NCBI GenBank assembly: GCA_963849325.1
Contig: CAWKHF010000004.1
Span: 96,001-160,000 of the forward strand
Direction: 5' to 3'
Source of the DNA: an uncultured Planctomycetota bacterium
Lineage (GTDB): Bacteria; Planctomycetota; Planctomycetia; Gemmatales; Gemmataceae
Length of the DNA: 64,000 nucleotides
The translations under genes were made by a program, and so were the position numbers. Positions 51,752 to 64,000 of this stretch are shown piece by piece; position 1 is the stretch's first letter, and the number at the start of each line of letters is the position of its first letter. The notes beneath the pieces were generated by a model. That model saw nothing but the letters and a program-made list of their open reading frames with translations. It ran no database searches and was not told the origin of the DNA.

Positions 51752-54578
51752 ATGCACCCCAAAGCATACCGACGCATCGGCCCCATCGGACGACCTTGCG
51801 GGGCAGCGTTGGCCGCCCTGCTGATCCTGGGAGCGGCCGCGCGTGCGGCCGAGCCGTGGAGCGCTCTGATTAACCCGGACAACTCGCTGTCGTTCAGCAT
51901 CCGTCGCGGCGAGCAGTCGGTCTTCCGCCTGAGTCTCGGCGGCTGGGGACCGCACTGGGCCTGGGTGGGGATGCAGGCTCGGCAGAAGGCGGAGGGCGAT
52001 CGACTCTCGGTTCGCGTGCCCTTCGTCGTCAACAAGGACAAGGGCGAGGCGATCGACGTTCATTTCGAGGCGTGGCAACCGGCCGCCCGGCAGGTCGCCT
52101 TCCGCTACAACCTGAACGCGGCCCGAGACGTACACCTCACGCTGCTGATGGCCGGCGTCAACTTCGAGCGGCAAGGCAGCCAGGGTACGCTCACCCTGAC
52201 TCACGCCGACGGCAAACAGAGCAAACTCGGACTGCCCGTGCGCGGCATCCGCGCCGCCCCGGCCACGTCGCAGGCCGCGCTCGCCTTCGACAAGGGCGGC
52301 ACGGTCACGATGAAGATCGACCCGCCGTGTCCGATCACGTTTGACAACGGTATGCGTGTGGTGCTGGCGTCCGACGTGTTTCCCAAGGGCACGCGCCGCG
52401 TAACCCTGACACTGACCTTCCCGGAAGAGGTGGCCTTCTACGCCAGGCAGGCCGACCTCGATCGGTTCACCCGCACTCTGGCCGGTCCCGACTGGTTTGC
52501 CTTCCAGCCCTCGAAGGAGGTGACTCCGGGCGTCCTCGACATGAATAGCTGGCTTGAACGCCCCGCCGGCAAGCACGGCGGCGTCCGCATGGTCAAGGAT
52601 CGCTTCGCCTTCGAGGACGGCACGTCCGTCAAGTTCTGGGGCACGAACCTGTCCTACACCGCCAGCGCCCCGACAAGGAGACAGCGGACTTCACGGCCGC
52701 TCGCTTCGCCAAGTACGGCATCAACGCCGTGCGCATGCACAAGTTTTCCTACCCCAAGAATCAGATGGGCATTGGCGACCTCAACGACTCGACCCGCATG
52801 GACCCGCAAGGACTCGACCGGCTCGATTACTTCGTCTCTCGGCTGAAGGAGCATGGCGTGTACTTCGGCTGGTCGCATACGTATGGCTTTCGCGTCGTAC
52901 CCGGCGACCGCAAGCGGCTGGTGGCCTATGACGAGATCGCCAAGGAGCTCAAGGGCAACACCTACGCCTTCATCCACTTCGCCGACGACGTGCAGGACCT
53001 GATGATCGAGATGGTCGTGAACCTGCTCAAGCACAAGAACCCCTACACCGGCCGGACCTATGCCGACGAGCCGGCCCTGTGCTTCATCGAGCTGCAGAAT
53101 GAGGACGACATCTTCTTCTACACGTCCGAGAAGGCCTTCAACGCTTGTCCCACTTACAAGAAGCGTTTCATGGCCCGATTCGCGGCCTGGCTGAAGGAGC
53201 GGTATGGTTCGCAGGAGAAACTCCAGGCGGCCTGGGAAGGGGCGCTGCGCCCGACGAGACCCTGGCGGACGACAGCATCGTGCCGCAACTGAACCCGTGG
53301 TTCTTCGGCGACGATCATCTGCCGGGTCAGAAGGGCGGAGCGCGGCGGAGGCTGCTGGACACGGCCGCCTTCCTGCACGACGTTCAGGACCGCTTTTATA
53401 GTCGGTTCGTCAAGGCCATCCGCGAGGCCGGCTACCGCGGCCCTCTCAACGGTTCGCCCTGGCAGGCCCCGAGCATGGTTCCCCACTACTACAACCTGGA
53501 CTCCGATTACAAGGTCGGCTACATCGACCGGCACAACTATTTCGACGGGCAGGGGTCCGGCATGTTCGCTTCCATGCTCACCCGGCCAGGCAGCGGCTAT
53601 TTCAGCAGCGGCCTGCAGCAGGTGATCGATCGGCCGTTCGCTCTGTCGGAGTGGATCCACGTTTATCCGAATGTCTATGGCGCCGAAGGGCCGGCCATCC
53701 TGGCCGCCTACGGATTGGGCCTGCAAGGCTGGGACGCCTCGTATGAGTTCCAGTCCCAGGCGACGCGCCGGGTCTTCGGCAACATCGCCGGCCAATTTCC
53801 CTGGGGCGTCTGGGAGGCGGACGTGCCCACATCACTCGGTCAGTACCCAGCCCTGGCCCGCATGATCTTCCGCGGCGATGTCAAGGAGGCAGACGTGATC
53901 TCGGTGCGCCGGGTCAGCCCGGCCGACCTGGCCGAGGGCCGCTTCTCCTTCTCCGACAAGGTTGAGCAGCACGGCGACGTGAAATCGTTCGGCGGCAGTG
54001 TACCGCCGGAGGCACTGGCTGCGGGACGTGTCGTCGTGGAATTCACCGATAAATCCCAGTCCTCCCAGTTGCCGGACATGGACCGCTACCGCCGTGGCTC
54101 GGTCATTCGATCCGTAACGGGGCAACTCGCGTGGGACACCTCCGGTCGCGGCTTTTTCACGGTGAACACGGCGGGCACGAAGGCGGTCGTCGGGTTCGCG
54201 GGCGGCAAGGAGTTGACCCTGGGCGATGTGAAGGTCCGGCTCGACAGCCCGTTCGCCTCGCTCTTTCTCACCGCGCTGGACCGCGGGTCGGACCTCACCG
54301 ACGGCAAGCAGGCCCTGATCACGGTGCTGGCCCGCCAGAGTAATACCGGCTTCACCTACTTCGCGCCCGATCACAAAGTGCTCAATAATGGTCGGTCGCC
54401 GATTCTGCTGGAGCCGGTGAAGGCGACGGTGTCCATCGCGGGCCGGCCGGTCGCGGCGGTGAACATCCTCGATCACGACGGCCGCCGCACGGGCCGGACC
54501 TTGCCTGTGACAGAGGGCCGGTTCGTCCTCGATGGGGCGAAGGACAAGACCATTTATTACGAAGTGGTGTTTCGGTGA
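51752..54578 (+). CDS. Secreted glycoside hydrolase, clan GH-A-like (frameshifts near 52670 and 53250)
   Basis: Signal peptide; KFWGTNL, GINAVRMH, HKNPYTG...EPAL..IELQNED, LSEW. Confidence 0.75.
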
Positions 54579-54699
54579 ACCGCCGGAACGTCATTGTACC
54601 GATCGTGGATTCTTGCCATGATAATCAGCGGTTCGCTCCGGCGTCCATCCGTCCGCTCTGCGCCGTTTGAAGAGTCGGTGCCCACTCCGGGAGTTCACC

Positions 54700-56023
54700 A
54701 TGCACAGCCCGACCGCCGCCTTGTGTACTCTCCTCTTCCTGGGTGGGGCCAACCCGCTCCCGTCTTCGGAGGAGCCGCGCGCCGTCATCGAACGGGCCTT
54801 GAAGGCGATGGGCGGGACGGAGGCGGTCCGGCGGCGCGTCGCAATCCGCATGAAGGTCAAGGGGGCCATGCATGGCAATGGCGGCCAACCCATCCCGCTC
54901 GACGGTACGCTGATGGAGTTCGATGCACGGTCCAAGCTGACGTTCCAGTCTGGAAATGCTGGGCACCAAGTCCCGGGCGACGATCGTGATCAACGGCGAC
55001 AAGTCGTGGGTCGAGGTGAATGGCCAGGTCAACGACTTCAGCAAGGAAGACCTCGATTCGCAGCGCGCGTCGCGGCATCAGGATCGCGTGACCGGGCTGA
55101 CGGCCCTACTGACGGACAAGGGCTTCACGTTCGCGCCGTTGCCCGATGTCCAGGTGGACGGCCGGCCCGCGCGGGGTCTGAAGGTGTCCTACAAGGGCCA
55201 GCCGGACACCAGCTTGTATTTCGACCGGGAGACGGGCCTGCTGGTCAAGTACGCTTACCGGGCGAAGATGAGCGGCGACGAGAAAGAAGCGCTGCACGAG
55301 ACCGTCCTGAGCGACTATCGCGAGCCGGACCTGGCGTCGGCCGACGAGAAGGTCCTGCGGCAGGCGAAGATCGACGGGACCGGGCCAGCCCTTTTGGATT
55401 TCATCCGCAAGCAGACGCCGAGCGCGGCTTCCCTGGATCGAGTGCGTTCCCTCATCCGTAAGCTGGGCGATGAGGACTTCAAGGTGCGCGAACAGGCGTC
55501 GGCCGACCTGGCGGCGCTCGGCGCCGTGGCCATTCCACTGTTGCGCGAGGCGGCGAAGAATGACGACCGCGAGGTCGCTCGCCGCGCCCGCGAGTGCTTG
55601 CAGCAGGTCGGCGAGCAGGCGGGCAAGGCGACGGTAGGCGCGGCGGTTCGTCTGCTGGGCCTGCGCCGGCCGGACGGGACCGCCGAGGTCCTGCTGAATT
55701 ACCTACCCGACGCCGATGCCGGTATCGCGGAGGACGTGCGTGCCGTGCTGTTTGCCATCGGCCAGCAGGAGGGCAAACCGGATCCTGCGCTGGTCGCGGC
55801 GCTGGAGGACAAGAACGCCCTACGCCGGGCGGCGGCGCGGGCCGCTCTCGGCAAGGACGGCGGTATTTACGCTCGTCAGCCGGGCCGACGGCTCTTTCTC
55901 CGCCCGCACAAGATTTCCCTGAAGCACCGCAGCTGGATTGACGGCAAGCTGCAAATGGAGTTGGAGAGTTCGGACTATCAGTATTTCAACGCTTTCGAGG
56001 ACAAGGTATTCGCCAAGCCGTGA
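54700..56023 (+). CDS. Secreted beta-rich protein with inserted HEAT repeats (frameshift near 54950)
   Basis: AVIERALKAMGG...LYFDRETGLL; LIRKLGDEDFKVREQAS. Confidence 0.7.
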
Positions 56024-56077
56024 CGTGTACACGCGGCCCCTCGCGGGCGCTGGGGGCTTGCTACACAGGAGGTAGTC

Positions 56078-56827
56078 ATGCGCACGCTCCTCGTTTCGAC
56101 ATGGACTGTCGCGTTGGTGTTCGGCGGGACCGGCCCGGCCGTAGCACAGGATGCTGCTCGCGCCGTCATCGAGCGGGCCGTCCTCGCTCACGGCGGCGAG
56201 GAGGCGCTGGCCCGCAATCGCGCCGAGAAGGTCAAGTTCAAGGGCAGCCTGGTCCTCCGCGGCCATAGCGTTCCGTTCCTCGCCGAGACGACCGTGCAAC
56301 TGCCCGCACAATACAAGTACGTCCTGGAATTGAATGACGGGACCAACAAGACCACCATCCTTCACGTCATCAACGGCGACAAGGTGTACGTGACGATCAA
56401 CGGCGAGGCGCAGAAGCTGGAGGCGGCAGCCCAGTCGGAAATTCGTACCGGCATGGAAGTGGAGCGGGCCAAGCGCCTGCTGCCGCTGCTGGAAGATAAG
56501 AGTTACCAGCTGGCCGTGCTGGACGAGATCAAAGTCAACGACCGTCCGGCCGTCGGCGTCCGCGTGACCGGCCGCGGCCGCAAGGAGTTGCGTCTGTATT
56601 TTGACAAGGAGGTCGGCCTGCTGGTGCGGGCCGAGTTCGCCCTGGACGATGGCAAGGGCAAGTCGGTGCGCCAGCACTACTTTTTCGGCGACTACAAAGA
56701 CATCGGCGGCTGCAAACGCTTCACGAAAGTCAAGGCATACCGCGACGGCAAGCTTATCATGGAGGCCGAACTGCTCGATGCCCGGACTTTCGAGAAGATC
56801 GACGAGACCGAGTTCGCCAAACCGTGA
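56078..56827 (+). CDS. Secreted hypothetical protein, paralog of upstream gene
   Basis: Signal peptide; AVIERAVLAHGG...LYFDKEVGLL...FAKP. Confidence 0.75.
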   Translation: MRTLLVSTWTVALVFGGTGPAVAQDAARAVIERAVLAHGGEEALARNRAEKVKFKGSLVLRGHSVPFLAETTVQLPAQYKYVLELNDGTNKTTILHVINGDKVYVTINGEAQKLEAAAQSEIRTGMEVERAKRLLPLLEDKSYQLAVLDEIKVNDRPAVGVRVTGRGRKELRLYFDKEVGLLVRAEFALDDGKGKSVRQHYFFGDYKDIGGCKRFTKVKAYRDGKLIMEAELLDARTFEKIDETEFAKP

Positions 56828-57851
56828 GCGAAGCGAGTGGGGAGGAGCATGCGTTTTTTCATCGTGGGTCGAAGCGAGGCGGGTCGGCCGGTCGGCGATT
56901 GTCTGTGCGCCCGTCTGTCGCTGCCGCGTCCTGCCGTGCGACGACTGTTGCGCAACAGCAGGTGCGCGTCAATGGCACTCCCTGCGTCGATCCTCAGCGT
57001 CGTCTCCAGCGCGGTCAGCGCGTGCAGGTGCGCCTGCCCAAGACCGTTTCACGATCCGACAAATCCACCTTTCGTCCTCCGGCTGCGCCATCCCCGTCAC
57101 GCGGGCCGCGCCGGTCCTCCGCTACGTCGATGAGTACCTCGTCGTCGTCGAGAAGCCGGCCGGACTGACGACGATGCGCCACGCCGAGGAAGCCGCCGAG
57201 TTTGGCCGTCGGGCCAGGCGTTTCTTGCCGCCGACTCTGGCCGATCTGCTGCCGGACCTGCTAGCGCGACGGTCCTCGCAACGGAAGACGACCGTGCGTG
57301 CGGTGCATCGGCTCGACAAGGAGACGAGCGGCCTGGTGGTGTTCGCGCGGACGGCCGAAGCCGAGCGCCATCTCGGCCGACAGTTCCGTGCGCACACGAT
57401 CGAGCGTCAATACCTGGCGCTGGTGCGCGGTCGGGCGAAGGACGCCCGCATTGAGTCGTGGCTGGTGCGCGACCGCGGCGATGGCCGCCGCGGCAGTTCG
57501 GCCGCGCCGAGCGAAGGACAACGGGCCGTCACCAACGTCCGCGTCGTCGAAGCGCTGGGCGATTACACGTTGGTCGAATGCCGGCTGGAGACCGGCCGAA
57601 CGCATCAGGTGCGCATCCACCTGGGCGAAGCCGGCACGCCGCTGTGCGGCGAACGCATCTACGACCGGCCGTTGCATGGCAAGCCACTGCCCGACGACAG
57701 CGACATCGACCGCGTCGCCCTGCACGCGGCGCTGCTGGGGTTTGAGCATCCCGCCACCGGCGAACGCATGCGTTGGACCTCGACACTGCCCAGGGACATG
57801 ACCGCTCTCGTGCGCCGTCTCCAAAAGAGGACGCGGAGGAACACGGAGTAG
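56824..57851 (+). CDS. RluA/RluD family pseudouridine synthase (5' frameshifts)
   Basis: KPAGL, VHRLDKETSG, LETGRTHQVR, ALHA..LGFEHP. Confidence 0.9.
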
Positions 57852-57914
57852 ACGGATTGTCACGGATCGGATTCCGCGACAATCCGTCTACTCCGTGTTC
57901 CTCCGCGTCCTCTT
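57825..57914. repeat. Perfect 37-bp inverted repeat between convergent genes
   Basis: 57825-57861 is the reverse complement of 57878-57914. Confidence 0.9.
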
Positions 57915-57927
57915 CGGACCATTTCGG

Positions 57928-58605
57928 TCAGTCTTCCAAGCCCAAGTCGCGTAGCGATTGGGCGCGGAGAAGGGCCTTTCCCAGGACCGTCAACCGCTCC
58001 ACCGGCAATTGCTGCAAGCGCTCCTGCACTGTCACTGACAGGCGCCAAACCGCTCTTCCAACTGTCCCTGGAGTAACTCGCGGCATCCTTTTTCGATGCC
58101 TTTCTCAATGCCCTTTTCAATTCCTTTCTCATACCAGGTCGTGTTCATGGCTCGGACTCCTTGATACGGCTCGGTCGTGACCAACTTGTGAAACTCGCAC
58201 TGCTGCTGCTCATCGAGCGGCAGATAGGCTTGCACGCACTCGCCCAAAAGAAATCGTTGCTGTCCCGTCAACGGTGCTTCCTGAATTCGCCGCAACGCCT
58301 CGGCGCCCAGCCATGCCATGCGCTCGCGTGGAATGCGCATCAGCGCCGCCAGGGCCACGCCCAGCCAGTTGTCTCCTTGCACGTATTGTACCCCGTCCAG
58401 CGCCGGCAGACCGACGTACAAATACTCGAAATGCACCGGTCGTAACTCCCAGAAGTGCTCTTCGTACACGTCGATACCGACGCCGTTCAAGCCGACCTGC
58501 AAGAACAGGCCGATGGGCAATACCGGCAATCCATGCTTGTCGCGGAGGTTGACGTACGAGTGAAACATCCGCGGTCGCAGCGGCGCGGCCTTGTCGGGCG
58601 ACTCG
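57928..58605 (-). pseudogene. Rpn/YhgA-like (DUF4351-type) gene lacking its 5' region
   Basis: PRMFHSY...LPVLPI; EKGIEKGIEKGIEKG...QLEERFG; frameshift near 58042. Confidence 0.7.
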
Positions 58606-58652
58606 AGTAGAAGGCGCTTCACGGAAACGAAACCTTCCATTATGATGGCCGT

Positions 58653-58877
58653 ATGAATGCCGAAGCACTTCGGAAACTGTTAAGCGTCCGCCCGTTCGAG
58701 CCGGTCGAGGTCGAATTGTCGAGCGGCCAGGTATTCGCCATCAAGCATCCCGAGACCGTTATCGTGCTCAATAACACGCTGGTCGTCGCGGACCCGGAAA
58801 CGGAAACGGTGCAGTGGACTTCCCTGGTCCATGTCGTCGCCGTTCGCCGCCGGCAGGTGTCATTACCCTCCTCTTGA
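58653..58877 (+). CDS. Small hypothetical protein
   Basis: LRKLLSVRPFEP..VELSSGQVFAIKHPE. Confidence 0.75.
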   Translation: MNAEALRKLLSVRPFEPVEVELSSGQVFAIKHPETVIVLNNTLVVADPETETVQWTSLVHVVAVRRRQVSLPSS

Positions 58878-58942
58878 AGCCTCCTGCCGTGAGCGATACG
58901 GTGACGAACGTTCCTTGTTCGTCTCCCAGCCGAGGTTCCGCC

Positions 58943-61238
58943 ATGACCATGCTCTGCCGTCTTTTCCTCGCCCTCGGATTTCTCGTTCTCTCCCGCGCCG
59001 CCACCGCCGCCGAACTGCCGAAGGTCAAGGTCGAGCGACAGCCCTTGGCCTCCCAGGCACGGCGCATCGCCGAGGCCCTGGCTTTGCTCGGCGAACCGCT
59101 GTCCGATGCCGACCGTAAGGCCATCCTCGACGCCGCTACCTCCGCCGACGAGGATAAGGCCATCGCCACCATCCAGGACGTCCTCGACAAGCACTGCCTG
59201 GCGAGCGTCCGCATCACATCGGACAAGAAACTGCAAACGCAAGCCGGCCCGGCGAAACCGCAACTCGCCGAGCAGGGCTGGCGCGTTTTCCTCGTTAAGG
59301 TCCACAACGAGCCGAGCCTGAGCCGTGTTGAGCTGACCGTGCGCAGCCCCAACGCCCTGCCCTTGTCGAAGCGTTCCAGTGGCAAACCCGATCCCAAAGT
59401 CGTTTCCGTCGGCGAGGTCGGCAAACGCTTTCTCGACCTGATGATGTACAACAACCAGCCGCTGCTCCGTGACCTATCGAGCCTGGAACTGGAGTATCGC
59501 ATCGTCCAGATCTATTGCCGCGATTCCGGCCGCAAGGAGGCATCGCTGCTTTTCGACGTGAAGGACGGCAAGAAGGTCGTCGCGTCCGGTGAGCCGCTGC
59601 GCGTGGACTTCGAGTCCGCCCCCGCCGTGCTGGTACGCCTGCGCGTGCAGGACCACGACGGCCGGACGCGGCGGGACGGTCGGCCGATCATGGCCGCCTT
59701 CACCTTCACCGACCGTCTCGGCCGCATCTATCCATCGCCGAGCCGTCGTCTCGCTCCCGACTTCAATTTCCATTTCCAGATCTACCGGGCCGATGGCGAG
59801 ACCATCGCCTTGCAGCCGGGGCCGTACACCGTCACCTTCACGCGCGGTCCCGAATATCTCGTCCAGCAAAAGACGATCACCGTTCCGGCTGGCGTCACAC
59901 ACGACGAGGCGTTCCACCTGAAGCGCTGGATTCATCCCGCGGCGAAGGGCTGGTACTCCGGCGATCACCACATTCACGCGGCGGGCTGTTCCCATTACGA
60001 GAGTCCCACCGAGGGCGTCACGCCGGAGGACATGATGCGCCACGTCCTCGGCGAAGACCTCAACGTCGGCTGCTGCCTCAGCTGGGGTCCGTGCTGGTAC
60101 CACCAAAAACGCTACTTCGAGGGTAAGGTCAATCCGCTGTCCACGGCCAGCCACCTGCTCCGCTACGACGTTGAGGTATCCGGCTTCCCGTCGAGCCATT
60201 GCGGTCACATCTGCCTGCTGCGGCTGCGCGAGCAGGACTATCCGGGCACCAAGCTCATCAATGATTGGCCAAGCTGGGACTTGCCGATTTTCCGCTGGGC
60301 CAAGGGACAGGGCGCCGTTGTCGGCTTCGCCCACAGTGGTTGGGGGCTGGACGTGGGGCCGATCGAGGAGCTGCCCAACTACGTCATTCCGCCCATGTCG
60401 GGCATTGGCGCCAATGAATACATTGTCGATGTCACACAGGGCACGTGCGATTTCATCTCGACGGTGGATACGCCGGCGGTTTGGGAGCTGAACATCTGGT
60501 ATCACACGCTCAACTGCGGCTATCGCTGCCGCGTCAGCGGCGAGACAGACTTTCCTTGCATCTACGGCGAGCGTGTCGGCCTGGGACGCAGTTACGTCCG
60601 CCTCGACGGCAAGCTCGACTTCGACGCCTGGACCGAGGGCGTCAAGCGCGGCCGCTGCTACGTCAGCGACGGCAAGAGCCATCTGATGGACTTCACCGTC
60701 AACGGCCTGGGCGTCGGCGAGAAGGACAGCGAAATCAAGCTGGTCGAGCCGGGCGAGGTCGAAATCAAGGCGAAGGTCGCGGCCCTGCTGGAGCCGAAGC
60801 CGACGCCGGCGACCGAGCACATCCGCAAGGCGCCGCTGAACGTCAAGCCGTACTGGGACGTCGAACGCGCCCGCCTCGGCGATACGCGGCACGGTGCCGG
60901 TCGAGGTCGTGGTCAGTGGCCAGGCGGTCGCCCGCAAGGAGATCGTCGCTGACGGTTCGGAACAGGACGTGACGTTCCGCGTACCGATCAAGGCGAGCAG
61001 CTGGGTCGCCCTGCGCATCTTCCCGTCGAGTCACACGAACCCGGTTTTCGTGCTGGTCGGCGACAAGCCGATCCGGGCCAGCAAGCGCTCGGTCGAGTGG
61101 TGTCTGAAGGCGGTGGACAAGTGCTGGGAGCAGAAGAAGCCACACATCCGCAAGACAGAGCTGGCCGCCGCCGAGGAGGCTTACGAGCAGGCGCGGGCGG
61201 CGTACAAGAAGATCCTGGCCGAAACCACGCAGGAGTGA
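58943..61238 (+). CDS. CehA/McbA-type PHP-domain metallohydrolase (frameshift near 60885)
   Basis: GWYSGDHHIH, GFAHSG, WYHTLNCG..SGETDFP, GRCYVSDG, SHTNPVFV. Confidence 0.85.
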
Positions 61239-61254
61239 ATGAGGAACGCCTGTC

Positions 61255-62163
61255 ATGTTGGTCCTGCGCGGTCATACGGGGCCGGTACGTTGTTTGGCGT
61301 ATTCGCCGGACGGCAGAACTCTTGCCTCAGGCAGCGATGATGGAAAGGTCAAGCTCTGGTATTTGCATTCCGGACGTCAACGACGCTCTCTCTCTATCGA
61401 TACCTGGTACCACAAAAAAGACTGGGTGCGTGCGTTGGCCTTCGCCCCTGACGGAAAGACGTTGGCCGCAGGCGACTGGGAGGGCCGCATCCGTCTGTGG
61501 GGTTTCAACAGCGAGAGCCGATTCTTGCGAGCGGGGGAGGGGAAACACATCTGGTGCAACACGAGGGAAGGTCTTTGGTCGATGGCATTTTCTCCAGACG
61601 GTTTATCGCTCGCGGTCGGACGGAGTACCGGAGAAGTGGGACTGTACTGGATACGCGATGCCGACAAGCCGCGAATCTTGCACGAACACGAATGGCCGGT
61701 CAATGCGGTCGTGTACTCGCCCGACGGCCGCATCCTCGCTACAGGTGGCCACGACCGCACTGTCCGGCTTTGGGACGCCGCCTGGGGCCGCCATCAGAAC
61801 GTCCTCGCGGAACTTACCGATTGGGTTCGCTGCTTGGCCTTTTCTCCTGATGGCCGAATTCTCGTCTCCGGCGGTGATGATGCAAGGATTCACCTCTGGA
61901 ATGTGGACGATGGCAAGGAAAAATCCGTCTTCATCGGCCATACCGCCTCTGTACGCCAGATCGCTTTCACGCCGGACGGGCGGACGCTGACCTCGGCGAG
62001 CTGGGACGAGACCGTGCGCGTCTGGGATGTGTCAACGGGTTGTCAGCGGACGGCATTCGACTGGAAGATCGGTCGCGTTCACTGCGTCGCGCTGTCTCCC
62101 GATGGCATGACCGCGGCCGCCGGCGGACACGATCACTCCATCGTCGTCTGGGACGTCGAATAA
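61255..62163 (+). CDS. WD40 repeat protein
   Basis: Repeated GH...V..LAFSPDG..LASG..D..VRLWD. Confidence 0.92.
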   Translation: MLVLRGHTGPVRCLAYSPDGRTLASGSDDGKVKLWYLHSGRQRRSLSIDTWYHKKDWVRALAFAPDGKTLAAGDWEGRIRLWGFNSESRFLRAGEGKHIWCNTREGLWSMAFSPDGLSLAVGRSTGEVGLYWIRDADKPRILHEHEWPVNAVVYSPDGRILATGGHDRTVRLWDAAWGRHQNVLAELTDWVRCLAFSPDGRILVSGGDDARIHLWNVDDGKEKSVFIGHTASVRQIAFTPDGRTLTSASWDETVRVWDVSTGCQRTAFDWKIGRVHCVALSPDGMTAAAGGHDHSIVVWDVE

Positions 62164-62290
62164 AAGTTCTGAGTTCTGAGTTCTGAGTTCTGAGTGAAAA
62201 ACGACGCCGGGGCGTCAGCGAGGGATAACCCCATTCGCGGACGCCCCGGCTTTCTTACTCAGAACTCAGAACTCAGAACTCAGAACTTTT
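62162..62290. repeat. Inverted heptamer tandem repeats with inner stem
   Basis: (GTTCTGA)x4 ... GCCGGGGCGTC / GACGCCCCGGC ... (TCAGAAC)x4. Confidence 0.9.
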
Positions 62291-63356
62291 TTATTTGCTG
62301 GCCGCGGCCTTGGCCTCGACCGGGTTGTTGTCGGAGGTCGAAACCTCGGTCTTCTGCGTTTGCGACAGCTCGACGTTGGTTTCCTGACCGCCGATCTCGA
62401 TTTTCAGCTTGCCCGACAGCTCCAGCGACATGTCGCTCTTATCGACGCGACCCTTGTCCTTGTTGAACCAGATGGTGCCGTTGGCATTCTTGCTGGCCAG
62501 ATCGGCGCTCTTGATCTTGAAGGGAAGACCGCCGATGCCGTCCGTTTTCTCCGGCGGCGAGTACGTCAGCTTGGTGTCCACCTTGATCTTGTCGAGCTTG
62601 GTCTTGTCGTCGCTGCCGTCGTAGGTGTAGGTGTATTCGTTCTTGTAGGTGCCGATCGGACCCATGTCGAGAGTGGTCTTCTTGGTCCAGCTCTTGCCCT
62701 TCTCGACCGGGTCGTTGCTGACGACGGCGAAGGTCGGCTCGGCCATCTCGCGCAGGGCGTCCTCGCTGAGGATCCGGTCGAGCAACGGCTGCATCTGCTT
62801 GTTGGCCGTCACCAGCTTGTTGACGAACTCCTTGCGGCCCTCGATGTTGCTGATCTTGAGCGTCTTGGGATCGAGCGTCAGCTTGAACGACGAACCGACC
62901 AAGGCCTTGAAGAACTCGCTGAGCGGATTGGACGTGTTGTTGGCGGCGGCGCTGGTCGAGTCGTACTTGATCGGACTGCCGCCGATGTCGATGTCCATCT
63001 TCACGCCGAGGATCTTCTGCTCGATGATCCACTTGCCGTCCTTCTCCTCCAACGGCGTCCAGCTGAAATAGAAGGTCTGCTCCTGCTTCTGCTTGACGTC
63101 GTTGTTCATGACCTTCATGCTCTGCTCGGTGGTCGTCTTCATCGTCTGGTAGAACGACTTGTTCTTCTCGAACTTCCAGGCGAGCGTGACCTTGGTGGGA
63201 TCCTTGGAGGACTCCCTTGGTATCTTCCTTTTTGGTCTGTTCTTTCTTGGTGTCTTCTTTTTTGTCCTTGGCCTGGCCGAACAGATCGAGTCCGGCGAAA
63301 GGAAGGACCAGGAACGCTGCCAGGAAGAAGACCGTCAACCGTCGCCCGTTCAACAT
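62291..63356 (-). CDS. Secreted DUF6263-like protein (frameshift near 63190)
   Basis: Signal peptide, Lys/Asp-rich linker, WKFEK...IKYDST...GTIWFNKDKGR. Confidence 0.65.
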
Positions 63357-63520
63357 GGGGAGAAACCTCCAGCAAACGAAGGACTCATTCGCGCAACTCG
63401 CTGCACCGAATGTCATCCAGTGCCCGTTCATAAGGACTACTGTTTTTTATCTGATCCCCGGAGGGATACAAGAGATTCCGGAAAAATCAGTTGACCGACG
63501 ACCGTGCCGGGTGCGACAAC

Positions 63521-63587
63521 AGGCGAACGGCCGGCGTCAGCCGGCTGGTAATGCTTCAACCAGCCGGCTGACGCCGGCCGTTCGCCT
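63521..63587. repeat. REP-like perfect 29-bp inverted repeat
   Basis: AGGCGAACGGCCGGCGTCAGCCGGCTGGT and its reverse complement, 9-nt loop. Confidence 0.85.
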
Positions 63588-63601
63588 CCGAGGATCTGCG
63601 C

Positions 63602-64000
63602 ATGAACCTACTGACGACGTTCTCCGGCTCGCTGATGGAGGGTTTTCTGCCGGGGGGCTGGGACCTGGCCAAGATCGACCGCTTGGCCGAGGCGCCGCCG
63701 GACAAGGCGACGGCCCGGCAATCGTGGTGGCATCCGCAGTTTCAGCCGGTGCCGTGCGCCTCGTTCGAGGACTTCGACACCTACCTGGGCCACGAAATCG
63801 CCCGCGAGATCCAGTTGGCCCGCCAGGCCGGCCAGCCCATCGTTTTTATCCTGCCCGTCGGGCCGATGGGGATGTATCGCTGGACGGTCTGGTTCCTCAA
63901 GGAGTGGGGCGTCTCCTGCGAGCACGTCCACGGCTTCAACATGGACGAATGGTCCGACGCCCGGGGCGACACGCTGCCGCCGAACACGCCGGGCGCCTTC
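63602..64000 (+). CDS. Glucosamine-6-phosphate isomerase/deaminase-like protein (3' partial)
   Basis: [17 protein letters not shown]...[11 protein letters not shown]...HGFNMDEW. Confidence 0.8.
   Translation, partial: MNLLTTFSGSLMEGFLPGGWDLAKIDRLAEAPPDKATARQSWWHPQFQPVPCASFEDFDTYLGHEIAREIQLARQAGQPIVFILPVGPMGMYRWTVWFLKEWGVSCEHVHGFNMDEWSDARGDTLPPNTPGAF

Noticed and set aside
9500-63200. Many frameshifts (near 9520, 12797, 14705, 22835, 49790, 50175, 51175, 52670, 53250, 54950, 57000, 58042, 60885, 63190) as programmed frameshifting or mass pseudogenisation
   Set aside because: Single-base indels spread across element and ordinary host genes with no shared slippery motif; assembly error is the simplest explanation

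Overview
GC-rich DNA, probably from a planctomycete (ECF sigma/Ser-Thr kinase pair, GYF_2 proteins, LEDR-x-L surface protein, DUF1580-like HTH, planctomycete-type integrase). About 1-45360 looks like an integrated mobile element. It has a left arm of many small genes (two GHKL ATPases, ParB-like, DUF932, PAPS-reductase-like) punctuated by 13-14 copies of an oriented 27-bp motif (CTGAACG-N14-GTGCAG); an ECF/kinase/GYF cargo block; a divergent replication module (AEP-like protein, P-loop protein, iteron-like repeats, long hairpin); a DNA methyltransferase; small Cys-rich genes; and three consecutive genes that each begin with the same ~70-aa ubiquitin-like domain ending in GRKG. The tyrosine integrase is 5'-truncated by an ISH3-family IS (45366-46690). 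From 46691 the genes look chromosomal. Many single-base frameshifts, also in ordinary host genes, suggest assembly indels. All family calls come from motif recognition by eye, not database searches.
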